Part shown: one piece after another, positions 32,640 to 45,176 of the stretch
How positions within the stretch are numbered: the first letter of the stretch is position 1
Layout of the letters: each line of letters opens with the position of its first letter
Position numbers and translations under genes: made by a program
Assembly: GCA_964291215.2 (NCBI GenBank)
Contig: OZ219791.1
Location: 1,056,001 to 1,120,000 of the forward strand
From: Alphaproteobacteria bacterium
GTDB taxonomy: Bacteria; Pseudomonadota; Alphaproteobacteria; MPNO01; UBA830
Length of the DNA: 64,000 bases
Reading direction: 5' to 3'
The notes under the pieces: generated by a model
Database searches by the model: none
What the model was told of the DNA's origin: nothing
What the model saw: the letters and a program-made list of their open reading frames with translations, nothing else

Positions 32640-33840
32640 TGCTGTCCGGAGGTTTCACGGCGTGCCGGGTTTTCTGGCTTCGCGGTCGTCGCCGGCGCGT
32701 GGGCGGGTCGTTTTCGGAATGCGGGCGGGTTGTGGGCGGCGTCCGGGAATCGGCCGGACACCATTGGCGCTCAGGGCTGCGACGGCTTCCCGGCGGTCGA
32801 GCCGCAGCCGTGTTTCGGCGAGGCTCTCGCGTCGGTTGGCGAAGATCACCGCGAGCACGATGTTGTCGAGGCTGGCGCGGTTTGCGGGTCAGGCAGGCGT
32901 CCTCGCCGAAGACGCAGTCTCGGTGGTTCATGTTTTTCACGGCCCGCGGCCGCAGCAGTTCCTCTGGCGACGCGTGTTGCGCATCGAGCTGATGTACCGG
33001 TGCAGTCGTTGCCGCTCGCTGCGCCGCTGGCGCTCTTTCCCGGCGGCTTGCGGTAGCATGCGGGCGATCTGCCGGGATAGTTGATCAGGTCCTCGAGCGG
33101 CACGCGCTGCTCGAGGCAGGCCTTGCCTCCTTGAAGCGACCGTTGGCTCCCAGTCGATGCCGTCGAAGGTTTCGGGCGCCCTTGACCGGGAAGACGTGGT
33201 CTGCACCGCAGCGCCGGGTGATCAGCGTCGCCGGCGTCGTGCGGGTGATCACCTCGCCGCGGACATCGGTGCGCTCGAGGAGGTGGCCGCCAGCTCGCCG
33301 TCGTCGAAGTTCAACAGCGCGAAGGGTGCGCCGGAGGCGTGAGGGCCACGGTCTCGTGGTGGCCGTTGCGGTTGGCGCCGCGGATGCGCTTGCCGTCGGC
33401 GGCAAGCGCATCCGCGGCCGAGCACATCCTCGAGCGCCTCGGGGTCGATCGACCGGACGACCCGGTGGAGGGTCGCCCTGGAGGGCGGCTCGCGCAGCCC
33501 CGTCCTCGGGTTCCGCCGATGGCCTCGAGCTCGTTCCGGGACAGCGACCGCGCAAACTGCGCAGCTGCCTTTCATGTTCGCAAGCTCGGCGAGAACGTGA
33601 GCACACCGTGTGCTTCCTGCGCGGCGGAAGTCCTCGATCGCCGCAGCTCGTCGTGCAGCGAACGCATCACCTCGGAACCCCGGGGAACGAGGAGGCAGGC
33701 GGCGCCCGGCAGCGCCTGCGGGCGCGACAGCAGCCGTCGCGCCGCACAACGAAAATCTCCTTGCCATGGGGGTCGGTGCAGCGCCCGTTGGGCGGGCAAA
33801 TCCCTTGGTCCGGCGCACGCCAGCCCGCCGCCTTATATGA
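32640..33840 (-). pseudogene. ISAs1-family transposase remnant with upstream DUF4338 tail
   Basis: Encodes RTKGFAR..PHGKEIFV, PSRATLHRVVRSIDPEALE, (D)GKRIRGAN, VKG and NHRDCVFGEDAC. Confidence 0.65.
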
Positions 33841-34638
33841 CTAGGTTTTGTCCCCGTGATGATGCAATCATCCACAGCGGTTGGGGGCGGGAAAATGTGG
33901 ACAACCTCGACTGTGGGGGAGCGCCCGGTCCATGGTTGCAGAGAGATTCCGCTCCCCTGTGCGAGCACGCACAGGGGAGCGGGGTGCGGGGATCAAACGA
34001 TGCCCTTGACCATCAGTCCGCGCGACGGGTCTCGACGATCAGCCTCGCGGGTGGTGTGGAGCGCGTCGAGGGTGAGCAGACGGCCGGCGCCGTCGCGGCG
34101 TGGACGGCAGCGGTCTCCCCGTCGTGACAGTTGAGGATCGAATACCGGCCAGCGAGACCGTCTCGTAATGATCCTCGCCGGTGCGGCCGCGCTTGCCGTC
34201 GTTGCCGACCTGCGGCTGCGCGCCGCATCCTCGATCCATCCCGGGTCGGTGTTCTGCAGCACCCGGTGCACGGTGGAGACCGGCTTGTTCCTGTTCTTCC
34301 ACGCTGCTCCAGCTCCTTCTGCGTCGTAGTGCGCCACCGCGCCGGTTCGCAAGCCGCGCCATCACGCACAGCACCGAACCGATGCGGTGCCCCGCGCCGG
34401 AAAGCGCCGTTGATAAATCGAGCGCAACTCCTGCGCCGACCAGCGGCGCCCGCAACTCCCACGACGCAGGAAGCGGCGAACGATCCCGCGTCACGACGCA
34501 GCGGAAACACGTAAAGATCCTTCGCCTCCCCGGTCGGCGCCCGCTGGCGCGCGCATGGCTCCTGCCAACGCACTCCCGGTTCGCCGCCTTGTACATGGTG
34601 CCGCTGAACTTCGTCGGCGAGACAAACTTCTCCGCAAC

Positions 34639-36119
34639 GTAACTGCTCACCCCCTGGTTCCGGCTTGATGTCGGGGTAGAGTAACGAACGGGTTTTCGTG
34701 GAGATTTGACACTGCAGGCCGATTCGTTTAGTGGTGGTAATCGAGAACGACGGGGACCGCCAGTGGGCTACTTTGGATCGAAGGCGACGAGCGGGCTGTG
34801 CCAGCTGCTTCCGGGGCTCCGCATGATCTGTATGTGGAAACGCATCTCGGAAGCGGCGCGCTAATGAAGCGCAAGGCCGGGTGATGGCGACGGGCGGCGC
34901 GCGAGGAGTTCGAAGCGGCCAAGACCGCGGCGCTGCCGGCAAGGTGGCGGAAGAGGCCGTCATCCGCGTCCTCGTCATCCTGCTCGACATCCTCATCGTC
35001 GTCCTTCTGGAGAAGACCACGCACGAGCCGGAACTCCGGTCTGCCGCCGTCACAGACGGACAAGAGCGTGCCGGAAGCAAGGGCCCGAAGCCGAACCGGC
35101 AGATGGGCGACAACCTGCGCAAGATCATCGTCGAGGAGACGGTCGCGGCCTGCGACGCCTGCGGCGCTGACGGCGTCGTCGATCGGGAGCGCCGCACGAC
35201 ATCGTGTTCGAGGTCGTCGAGCGCCGCGCCGAGATCAAGGAATGCCCGAAGTGCAAGGCCCGGTTCCCCGACAACATCCCGTGCAGTACGGCATCGGCAT
35301 CCAGGCCCTCGTCATCAACCTGCTGGTCGCCCAGATGCTGTCCCTGCGCCGTGCCGTCGCGCTCGTGCAGGCGATCTCCGGCATCAAGCTCTTCGAGGCC
35401 TCGGCTATGCTTTCACGATGCGTCATGGGAGGAGGCCGCCGTGGCGCACCTCCTGCAACGCCCGATGTCGACGATTTCGGATCAACGGCAAGTGGCTTCA
35501 TGTCGTGGGACCCTGACGTGCAAGTTCCCGCACCGCAAGCGCGGGCAAGAGATCGGCCCGTGCTACAAGGGCGTCCTGGGCCTCGTACATGGGCCAGTGT
35601 AGCCACCAGCTGTGCGGCAGCCACCTGCTGCGCGAACTGACCTTTGTCGTCGAGGCTACCGCGCGACTGATGAAGAGCCTGCTCCGCGAGGTCTGCCACA
35701 AGGTCAACAAGAGCGCATCCAAGACCCTGAACGACGCCGGGCGCAAGCGCTACCGCACCATCAGGGCGCCAGGGAACTGCCCGATATCCCGCCGAAAGGA
35801 AAACGTGGACGCAAGTCCGACGCGCACAACCTGCACGAACGTCTCGTGAAACACGAAAACCTGCGCTTCACAGACGACCCCGACGTCAGCTTCACCAACA
35901 ATGCCGGAGAACAGAAGATCAGGATGGCAAAGGTCAAGGTGTCCGGATGCTTCCGCTCCACGCAAAAGCATGGTGCCGGGGCTCAAGCTACCTCACCTCC
36001 ATGGCCGCACTCGGCTACAATCATCACGTCGCAACCCAGATCGCCCTCGACGGAAAAGCCGCAGACATCATCAACGAGCACTACGACCAATCAGAACCCA
36101 ACTAGGGGTGAGTAGATAC
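34639..36119 (+). mobile_element. IS66-family MTase-carrying element (1481 bp, internally eroded)
   Basis: TIRs gtaactgctcacccc / ggggtgagtagatac, with an 8-bp TSD tccgcaac at 34631-34638 and 36120-36127. Confidence 0.95.
34706..34734 (+). promoter_or_regulatory. Putative sigma70 promoter in the IS66 left end, upstream of the MTase GTG start (34763)
   Basis: TTGACA-N17-TAGTGG. Identical or near-identical in the other left-end copies. Confidence 0.5.
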
Positions 36120-36590
36120 TCCGCAACAAGCAACGGCAGCCTCCCGGTCGCCGCCGCACCATCCGCGACAACGCAAACGAGGCCCGGAAACACCCGGCGA
36201 CCACCAGGAACAACAAACCTCGTGTTGTTCCCGGCAACCGCCTGAACTGTTCCTCGCGGCGCCAGCCAATCCAACGGTCCCGCGGCCGAGGGCGCCCGTC
36301 TGCCAGCCCGCAGCGCCAATCCACCGCCCGCGCCAGGTGAACACGCAGACCTCGACCGGCAAACTGCTTGAAACCAAGATACCGTCAACGACACGATTCC
36401 AGCGACATCAGGCCGCGCAAGGCGCACAACCACATCCCGGAGCGCAAAACCCTCCGGAGTCGTCTCAAAAAAATCCGCTGCCCCCACGACAACGGATACT
36501 ACGCCGCTTCACAAAAAGCCGGCGAAAATGCGAATCATCCTGAGCAAGCCAAACCGACCCTTTCAACAAATCTGGCGTGAGATCACCGTG

Positions 36591-37350
<760 letters not shown>

Positions 37351-37374
37351 GAGTGAGCGAAGGAGACCCCCTCA

Positions 37375-37630
37375 TGGCCTCACCTCTGCCGAGAAACAGC
37401 GCCGTTATCGGGAACACCGCAAATCTCTGCCCACGGAAAGCCCCGTCGTTCCCGTGCGCAACGCTGGCGCGATGCGGTGGCTCGGTGCAGTGCAGGAGCA
37501 CTATCGGGACTGTCTCGACAGTCTCCCAGCGCGACACGAATTACGGAGAACGTCTGCAGATCATCGTCGAGGCTGACATCGCGGATCTTGAGGACATCGA
37601 ACCGTCGCGCGGCTACGGACGGGACACCTG
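37375..37630 (+). pseudogene. Small mobile-element-associated hypothetical protein, frameshifted
   Basis: Fragments LTSAEKQRRYR, HYRDCLDSLP and LQIIVEADIADLEDIEPSRGYGRD. Confidence 0.5.
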
Positions 37631-37849
37631 GAACCCCATTGATCACGGTAACGTTACCATGCCCGGGGACGCTGGACGGCAAGGTGGCCGCGCTCACGTG
37701 ACCAATGGACGGCAACCCGCCGCCGGGACCACAAGCTGCATGTCGCCTCGCTCGCAGGGCAAGGACAAGGCGGAACCCCGGACCGCCTGTGGACAACCAC
37801 GGAAAACACCACCGCGGACACCCGCAAAAGCCTTGCCAGGAAACATGGA

Positions 37850-38210
37850 TGCTCGGGATGCCAGGTCGCCATCATCGCCAGGCGCTTGTCCTCGCCGTCG
37901 CCGACCGGCTCCACGGTGACCTCGCCAAGCTCCTTCGGAGAACCTGCGAGTGGCTTGTCGGGACAGTCCCGCTCAAGGGTGCCGGTGTCGAGGCCTTGGT
38001 GCAGGAAGGACGATGCCGAACGCCGAGGCAAGACCAGGCAGGGCCGCACGCAGCAAGGCACAACTCGCCCTTCGCGTTGCGCCAGTCCTCGCGCTCGCAC
38101 AATCCCTGCGCCAAGGACGAGCGCGTGCTGCTCTCGGCAACCGACGCCGCCTTCAGCCAATCAACCGTCGTCGTGGACAGATGTCGAAAGCCAATTCTCA
38201 TGGGCCACTA
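37850..38210 (-). pseudogene. N-terminal leader of a DUF4338/IS4-type protein
   Basis: TRSSLAQGLCEREDWRNAKGELCLA resembles the leader SRAEIGRRICDAFGFVGLRGRPQ at 54000-54100. Confidence 0.45.
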
Positions 38211-38246
38211 TATAAGGCCTCATGAACGACGAGTTAATCATGGTTC

Positions 38247-39748
38247 GTAACTGCTCACCCCCCCCTGGTTCCGGCTTGATGTCGGGGTAGAGCAACGAAC
38301 GGGTTTTCGTGGAGATTTGACACTGCATGCCGATTCGCTTAGTGGTGGTCATCGAGAACGACGGGGACCGCCAGTGGGCTACTTTGGATCGAAGGCGACG
38401 AGTGGGCTGTGCCAGCTGCTTCCGGGGCTCCGGCCCCCGCATGATCTGTATGTGGAAACGCATCTCGGAGGCGGCGCGCTGATGAAGCGCAAGGCCGGGT
38501 GATGGCGACGGTCAACGCGGCGCGCGAGGAGTTCGAAGCGGCCAAGACCGCGGCGCTGCCGGCAAGGTGGCGGAAGAGGCCGTCATCCGCGTCCTTGTCA
38601 TCCTGCTCGACATCATCATCGTCGTCCTCCTGGAGAAGACCACGCACGAGCCGGAACTCCGGTCTGCCGCCGTCACAGACGGACAAGAGCGTGCCGGAAG
38701 CAACGGCCCGAAGCCGAACCAGCAGATGGGCGACAACCTGCCATCGTCGAGGAGACGGTCGCGGCCTGCGACGCCTGCGGCGCTGACATCGACGGCCCCG
38801 TCGATCGGGAGCGCCGCACGACATCGTGTTCGAGGTCGTCGAGCGCCGCGCCGAGGAATGTCCGAAGTGCAAGGCCCGGGGCCGGTTCCCCGACAACATC
38901 CCGTGCAGTACGGCATCGGCATCCAAGCCCTCGTCATCAACCTGTTGGTCGCCCAAATGCTGTCCCTGCGCCGTGCCGTCGCGCTCGTGCAGGCGATCTC
39001 CGGCATCAAGCTCTCCGAGGCCTCAGCTATGCTTTCACGATGCGTCATGGGAGGAGGCCGCCGTGGCGCACCTCCTGCAACGCTTGATGTCGACGAGACC
39101 GGATTTCGGATCAACAGTAAGTGGCTTCATGTCGTGGGACCCTGACGTGCAAGTTCCCGCACCGCAAGCGCGGGCAAGAGATCGGCCCGTGCTACAAGGG
39201 CGTCCTGGGCCTCGTACATGGGCCAGTGTAGCCACCAGCTGTGCGGCAGCCACCTGCTGCGCGAACTGACCTTTGTCGTCGAGGCTACCGCGCGACTGAT
39301 GAAGAGCCTGCTCCGCGAGGTCTGCCACAAGGTCAACAAGAGCGCATCCAAGACCCTGAACGACGCCGGGCGCAAGCGCTACCGCACCATCAGGGCGCCA
39401 GGGAACTGCCCGACATCCCGACGAAAGGAAAACGTGGACGCAAGTCCGACGCGCACAACCTGCACGAACGTCTCGTGAAACACGAAAACCTGCGCTTCAT
39501 AGACGACCCCGATGTCAGCTTCACCAACAATGCCGGAGAACAGAAGATCAGGATGGCAAAGGTCAAGGTGTCCGGATGCTTCCGCTCCACGCAAAAGCAT
39601 GGTGCCGGGGCTCAAGCTACCTCACCTCCATGGCCGCACTCGGCTACAATCATCACGTCGCAACTCAGATCGCCCTCGACGGAAAAGCCGCAGACATCAT
39701 CAACGAGCACTACGACCAATCAGAACCCAACTAGGGGTGAGTAGATAC
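38247..39748 (+). mobile_element. IS66-family MTase-carrying element (1502 bp)
   Basis: Same TIRs as the other copies, with an 8-bp TSD catggttc at 38239-38246 and 39749-39756. Confidence 0.95.
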
Positions 39749-40005
39749 CATGGTTCGTTGAAAGACCCCGACCCCATCCAGCTGATCCCGAAACTGCGCT
39801 TGTGAAATCCCTCCTCGGCGCCACCACACCGGAACCATCAATCCACTGCCTGTGAGCGCTCGCTGAAATCAGACTTGGGCAGTTACCATAATTCACTTTT
39901 TTAGGCGGTCTGATTTACCAGATGGAACCGCAACGAGGCTCCAACATACTTGCCTGATCCGAGGTCATGCAGAGGCGCGGTAACGGTCGCGAATGTGCTT
40001 GGCTT

Positions 40006-41142
40006 TCAGCCGAGAATGGTGAGCACCCCGGTATAGCCGTAGAGGCGGTTTCGGGAGATCTCACCGTTGGCGAAGAAGCCGACCAGTGGTACGTCGCTTC
40101 CGACTGCCGCCTGTACCGCCTTGAGTTCCTCGGAATTCTTGCCGAACAGGTTGGGGCCCCGGGCAACGCATGAATAGTAAAGTGCTGCCCGCGGTGACCT
40201 GTCAGCGCGGACAATGACCCCGCTCAGCATGCGATCGAGATCCTGTGCCGCCGCGGCGCCGTCGCGGCGCACGAACATGATCCGGTCTCCCGTTGCCACC
40301 CGCTCGCCTATGGCGACGAGCTTCTCCTGGGGATCTATGCCGACGACATTGCGGACTAGGTAATCGCCGCTGTCGTCCCCCGTTATCGGCAATGCGGCAT
40401 GGATGTAGCCACCGGCCCGCTCGAGATTTCGGGCCAGCACGTCGCCGATGTCTTTCTTGAACACATCGAGGGCTGGCCGGCCGTCGAGCTCGATGAGGAT
40501 ACTGTCCTTGGCACGACTAACCTCGTGTATGTCGCTCAGCGGCGTACAGCCCTGGCTGAGGCCGCAGGTCGCCGGTACGGTGGCCGAGAAAAGCACTCCC
40601 GACACGCCGCCCTCAGTGAGCCGGTCGGCGATCTGCGTGTGCCGTCCGCGCGAGGCCGTAAGGCCGCCGACCAGGAAGGCGTCGGTGTCGTCGGAAATCG
40701 AGTTCAAAATATCGGCCAGGTAGGCATTCCGGGGATCCGCGTGGACAACGCCGAACACGGCCCCTTCCGAGCCGATCCATTCGGTCACGTCGTCGGGAAG
40801 CGCCTCGCCCGGCTTCTCAATGGTGGGAAGGATGCGAAACCCGTTTGCAGGCAGGGCTCCGGCCATCGCGGCGATCGCTGGCCGTCCGAAATACTCTTGG
40901 CCGCCAACCATGACGCCGAGCCCGATCGTCCCGGCCCAGTGTTCGATGCCGGTGCGCTCCCGGAATTGGTCGGCGATCAGCGGCAGGTCGTCGTCGAGGA
41001 GGTCGGTGACATAGATGAACCCGAGATTGGCGTCCGCGGGCATGTTCCCGAACTGCTCCAGACAGGAATCCGTCAGAGTTTCCCAGTCGGCGTCCGCCGC
41101 GTGACCGAGCCTGAAGGCGTCGGTTGCAGTTGCGGTTTGCAT
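40006..41142 (-). CDS. FIST N/C domain signal-transduction protein
   Basis: Encodes FLVGGLTASRG, LSQGCTP, ELDGRPALD, DYLVRN, YYSCVARG and LVGFFANGEI. Confidence 0.9.
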   Translation of the reverse strand: MQTATATDAFRLGHAADADWETLTDSCLEQFGNMPADANLGFIYVTDLLDDDLPLIADQFRERTGIEHWAGTIGLGVMVGGQEYFGRPAIAAMAGALPANGFRILPTIEKPGEALPDDVTEWIGSEGAVFGVVHADPRNAYLADILNSISDDTDAFLVGGLTASRGRHTQIADRLTEGGVSGVLFSATVPATCGLSQGCTPLSDIHEVSRAKDSILIELDGRPALDVFKKDIGDVLARNLERAGGYIHAALPITGDDSGDYLVRNVVGIDPQEKLVAIGERVATGDRIMFVRRDGAAAAQDLDRMLSGVIVRADRSPRAALYYSCVARGPNLFGKNSEELKAVQAAVGSDVPLVGFFANGEISRNRLYGYTGVLTILG

Positions 41143-41143
41143 G

Positions 41144-41845
41144 TCAGTCTCCTCCCGCCGCAAGCCAGCGGAGCACATATGGCATCATGCGGTCAACGAT
41201 GACGTCGACGCCGCGGGCATTGGGGTGGATGCCGTCTTTCTGGTTGAGATCCGGCTCCGCGGCGACGCCGTTGAGGAAGAAGGGGTAGAATGCGGAGCCG
41301 TGTTTTTGGGCAAGCTCGCGATATATCCGCCGGAATGCGGTCTCATAGGCCTTGCCCCAGTTTGGCGGCGCATACATACCGGCCAGCAGTATCTTCACGC
41401 CGGCCGCGCCGAGTTGCGACAGCAGCCGGTCGAGATTGGCGCGCGTGGTCGCCGGGTCTATGCCCCGGAGCGCGTCGTTGGCGCCGAGCTCGACGATCAC
41501 ATGGGTCGGCCTGTCGGCGAGCGCCCAGCCGACCCGGGCCAGTCCGCCGGCGGTCGTGTCTCCCGACACGCCGCCGTCGAGTACCACGACCTCGAGGCCA
41601 CGGCTGCGAAGTTCCGCCTGGAGCCGGGCTGGAAAGGCCTCTTTCTGCGCCAGGCCGTAGCCGGCGGTCAGGCTGTCGCCGAGCACGAGGAGCCGCGTGG
41701 CCTGCGACAGCGCTGGCGAGGCCCCGAGCGCCGAGACGAGGCAGGTCGCCGCCATTGCCGTTTGGAGAATTCCTCGGAACAACCTATATGAGGGCGGTCG
41801 CCCGATCAGCGGACGGCGCGGGACAGGGAGGGACGAGAGCGGCAT
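41144..41845 (-). CDS. tesA: Arylesterase / SGNH (GDSL) hydrolase
   Basis: Encodes LGDSLTAGYGL, GVSGDTTAGGL, ELGANDALRG and DGIHPN. The start may instead be 41755. Confidence 0.9.
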   Translation of the reverse strand: MPLSSLPVPRRPLIGRPPSYRLFRGILQTAMAATCLVSALGASPALSQATRLLVLGDSLTAGYGLAQKEAFPARLQAELRSRGLEVVVLDGGVSGDTTAGGLARVGWALADRPTHVIVELGANDALRGIDPATTRANLDRLLSQLGAAGVKILLAGMYAPPNWGKAYETAFRRIYRELAQKHGSAFYPFFLNGVAAEPDLNQKDGIHPNARGVDVIVDRMMPYVLRWLAAGGD

Positions 41846-42530
41846 GTCCGGAACCATTGTTCGTTTGGAAGATGTCGAACTGAGACTGGAGAGCAAGGCG
41901 GGGCCGGTCAATATCCTGAAAGGAATAAATCTCGGAATACGCACCGGAGAGACGGTGGGCGTGACCGGGCCATCGGGATCCGGCAAGACCTCGATGCTGC
42001 TGCTGGTCGGCGGTCTTGAACGCCAGACCGCCGGCATGGTCGAGGTCGCCGACCAGGACCTGAGCGCGCTCGACGAGGATGGCCTGGCGCGGTTTCGGCG
42101 CGACAATATCGGCATCGTGTTTCAGGACTTTCATCTCGTTCCGACCATGAATGCCTTGGAGAACGTAGCGATTCCGGTCGAACTTGCCGGTCTTGGCGAT
42201 GCGTTCGACCGCGCCAGCGAAGCTCTCAAATCGGTCGGGCTCGGACATCGCCTGTCGCATTTTCCCGGCCAGCTTTCCGGCGGAGAGCAGCAGCGGACAG
42301 CGATTGCGCGCGCAATCGTGTGCGAGCCGGGACTGCTGCTCGCCGACGAGCCCACCGGCAATCTCGACGGCAAGACCGGCGACGCGGTGATCGACATTCT
42401 CTTTGATCTGCGCGCCGAACATGGGGCGACCCTTGTCTTGATCACCCACAACTCCGCACTGGCCGCCAGATGCGCACGGCGCATCGGTCTCGACGACGGC
42501 TGCGTGGGCGCAGACACGGCGCCGGTCTGA
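41844..42530 (+). CDS. ABC transporter ATP-binding protein (YbbA/LolD-like)
   Basis: Encodes [16 protein letters not shown] and [11 protein letters not shown]. Confidence 0.95.
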   Translation: MSGTIVRLEDVELRLESKAGPVNILKGINLGIRTGETVGVTGPSGSGKTSMLLLVGGLERQTAGMVEVADQDLSALDEDGLARFRRDNIGIVFQDFHLVPTMNALENVAIPVELAGLGDAFDRASEALKSVGLGHRLSHFPGQLSGGEQQRTAIARAIVCEPGLLLADEPTGNLDGKTGDAVIDILFDLRAEHGATLVLITHNSALAARCARRIGLDDGCVGADTAPV

Positions 42531-42551
42531 GGCCGGCCGCGGCGTGAAGTC

Positions 42552-45077
42552 ATGACGGGCGCCGGAACCGCAGCGCGCATTGCCTTTCGCGAATTGCGCG
42601 GGGGAATACGGGGGTTCAGGGTCTTTCTGGCCTGCCTCGCGCTCGGCGTTGCCGCCATCGCGTCGGTTGGCTCGGTGACCTCATCGGTATTGTCGGGACT
42701 CGATCGGGACGGAGCGATTCTGCTGGGCGGCGACGCCGCGCTGCGCATAACCCACCGTGACATCGCACCCGGGCAGCGCGCCTGGCTCGAACGCGCCGCC
42801 GACGTCTCGCGGGTCGTCTACCTGCGGTCGATGGCCCGCGCGGCCGCCGGTGACAGGCGTACCCTCGTCGAGATGAAGATGGTCGACGAAGCCTATCCGC
42901 TCTACGGCCGGCTGGATACGCAGCCCGCCTTCGATCCGGATTTCCTCGCGCACGACGGCGGTGCGTGGGGTGCCGTCGCCGATTCGGCCCTGCTTAGCCG
43001 CCTCGGGATCAAAATCGGAGACACTGTCAGGATCGGGGACGCGATCTACCGGATCCGCGGCGAGATCCTCGGGGAGCCCGACCGTGTGTCGGGCGCGCGG
43101 GCGCTGCAATTGGGGCCGCGTTTCATCGCCTCGGCGAAATCCGTCGGAGACAGCGGACTGGTTCGCCCGGGCAGCCAGGTCTGGTACTTCTACCGGGTCA
43201 GGTTTGCCGAACCGGCGCTGCTCGAATCTTGGAAGGAGGAACTCGACGCCGCCTTCCCCGATGCCCAGTGGACCGTCCGCGACCGCGGCGACGCGTCGCC
43301 GGCAATCAAGCGGCTCGTCGGCCGGGCATCGCTGTTCATGATGCTGGTCGGCCTGGTCGCGCTCCTCGTCGGCGGTGTCGGCGTCAGCAACGCGGTTCGC
43401 GACTTTCTCGCAGGCAGGATGCGTACGATCGCCACCCTGAAATGCGTCGGCGCCTCGTCGGCCATGATCTTCGGGATATATGTAATCCAGATCCTGGCGA
43501 TGGCGGCGCTCGGGGTTGCTCTTGGCCTCGCCGTCGGCGGGCTGGCGCCGGCGCTGGCGGCGGACCTCGTGCGGGATGTCGTTCCGGTTGCCGTGCGGGT
43601 GGACATCAACGCCATGCCGCTCATCCTTGCTGCCGCCTTCGGTTTTCTGACGGCGCTGGCATTCTCGATCTGGCCCCTCGCCCGGGCCTGCGAGTTGCCG
43701 GCTGCGGCCCTGTTTCGCGACACAGTGGCCCGCACGCGGGTGTTCCCGCGATGGCCATTCATGGCCGTCACTGTCGTGCTTCTTGCACTGCTTGCGGTGC
43801 TGGCGGTGACCACCTCGCGGGATCCGGCGATCGCAGCTTGGTTCGTGTGTGGCGCTGCCGGCACCATGCTGCTGTTCGCCGCCGCTGCCCGCGTAGTTGC
43901 CTGGATAGCCCGGAATCTCGACGGGATAGGCGGCATGGCCACCCGACTGGCGCTGGCCAACCTGCACCGGCCGGGGGCTCCGACCGGCAGCGTCATCCTG
44001 TCCCTCGGTCTCGGGCTGACGGTTCTCGTCACCGTGGCCCTGATCGAGGTCAATCTCGGGCGGCATATTATCAGGAGCCTACCCGAGCGGGCGCCGGGCT
44101 ATTTTTTCATTGACGTCCAGACCGACCAGGTCGGGCAGTTCGAGAAGATCGTGAGCAGTGCCGAGGGCTTTCGTGAACTCCGCAGCACCCCGATGCTGCG
44201 CGGTCGCGTGACGCGCCTAAACGGGGCCGCCGCACGCCCGGAAAACGTGCATCCGGAGGGGCGCTGGATCCTCCGCGGCGACCGCGGCGTCACCTGGTCG
44301 CGGGAGCTGCCGCCAGACGAGACCGTGGTCGCTGGCGAGTGGTGGCCCGCGGACTATACCGGCCCGCCGCTGGTTTCCATGTCGGCAAATGCGGCTGCCG
44401 ACCTTGGCCTCGGGATCGGCGACACGATCACGGTCAATATACTCGGGCGCAATATGACCGCAGAGATTGCGAACCTGCGCAACGTACGCTGGCGGACACT
44501 CCGCATGAACTTCCTCTTCATCTTCTCGCCGGGTGTGCTTGAGGGCGCTCCGCAGACGCATCTTGCCACGATCCATGCCGACCCGGTTCACGAACGCGCC
44601 ATCGAGCGCACGGTTGCTGACGCTTTCCCCAACGTCACGGCGATTCGGGTTCGGGACGTGCTCGATACGGTGAACGCGCTTGTTGCGCGGCTCGGAGTTG
44701 CGATCCGCGCGACCGCGACGGTCGCGATTGTCGCCGGGGTGCTGGTGCTTGCCGGCACCGTCGCCGCGGCGCATCGCCGACGGATGTACGATTCGGTGAT
44801 CCTCAAGGTGCTCGGCGCGACTCGCGTGCGGATCATGGGCGTGCTGCTGCTGGAATACGGCCTTCTCGGGCTGTTCACGGCGGCTGTCGCCGCGGTCATC
44901 GGTTCGGTGGCGGCCTGGGCAGTGGTAACCGAGGTCATGCGCTTTCCCTTTCAGCATGATCATGAAGCTGTCGCAGCAACCGTGCTCATCTCCGTGGCGA
45001 TCACGCTCTCGCTGGGGCTTGCAGGAATCTGGCAGGCCTTGCGCCAGAAGGCGGCTCCGTTGCTTCGCAACCAGTGA
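42552..45077 (+). CDS. ABC transporter permease (YbbP/FtsX-like)
   Basis: 841 aa with LLGGDA, AYPLYG and FFIDVQ. Conserved position next to tesA and the ATPase. Confidence 0.93.
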   Translation: MTGAGTAARIAFRELRGGIRGFRVFLACLALGVAAIASVGSVTSSVLSGLDRDGAILLGGDAALRITHRDIAPGQRAWLERAADVSRVVYLRSMARAAAGDRRTLVEMKMVDEAYPLYGRLDTQPAFDPDFLAHDGGAWGAVADSALLSRLGIKIGDTVRIGDAIYRIRGEILGEPDRVSGARALQLGPRFIASAKSVGDSGLVRPGSQVWYFYRVRFAEPALLESWKEELDAAFPDAQWTVRDRGDASPAIKRLVGRASLFMMLVGLVALLVGGVGVSNAVRDFLAGRMRTIATLKCVGASSAMIFGIYVIQILAMAALGVALGLAVGGLAPALAADLVRDVVPVAVRVDINAMPLILAAAFGFLTALAFSIWPLARACELPAAALFRDTVARTRVFPRWPFMAVTVVLLALLAVLAVTTSRDPAIAAWFVCGAAGTMLLFAAAARVVAWIARNLDGIGGMATRLALANLHRPGAPTGSVILSLGLGLTVLVTVALIEVNLGRHIIRSLPERAPGYFFIDVQTDQVGQFEKIVSSAEGFRELRSTPMLRGRVTRLNGAAARPENVHPEGRWILRGDRGVTWSRELPPDETVVAGEWWPADYTGPPLVSMSANAAADLGLGIGDTITVNILGRNMTAEIANLRNVRWRTLRMNFLFIFSPGVLEGAPQTHLATIHADPVHERAIERTVADAFPNVTAIRVRDVLDTVNALVARLGVAIRATATVAIVAGVLVLAGTVAAAHRRRMYDSVILKVLGATRVRIMGVLLLEYGLLGLFTAAVAAVIGSVAAWAVVTEVMRFPFQHDHEAVAATVLISVAITLSLGLAGIWQALRQKAAPLLRNQ

Positions 45078-45176
45078 TTTTCGCCGGGCGCGGCACCCTG
45101 CAGGCTTGATAATTCCTCGGCCCGATATATATTGTGTGACTGTAAACGGAAACTCTACAGACTTGAGAGGGGTCAC

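Larger units (their letters stand above)
33990..36590 (-). mobile_element. 5' part of a DUF4338-ISAs1 element, interrupted by IS66 (34639-36119)
   Basis: Left TIR ggcgtgagatcaccgtg at 36574-36590. DUF4338 fragments WIGW, NNTRFVV and VAE|KFVSPTKFSGTMYKAAN..VGR..KDLYVFPLRRDA are followed by ISAs1 LLTLDALHTTRE and VKG. Confidence 0.75.

Noticed and set aside
41843-41846. Overlapping divergent start codons (CATG) for tesA and the ABC ATPase
   Set aside because: The tesA start is uncertain (41755 is an alternative), and tight divergent tesA/ybbA arrangement is a common feature.
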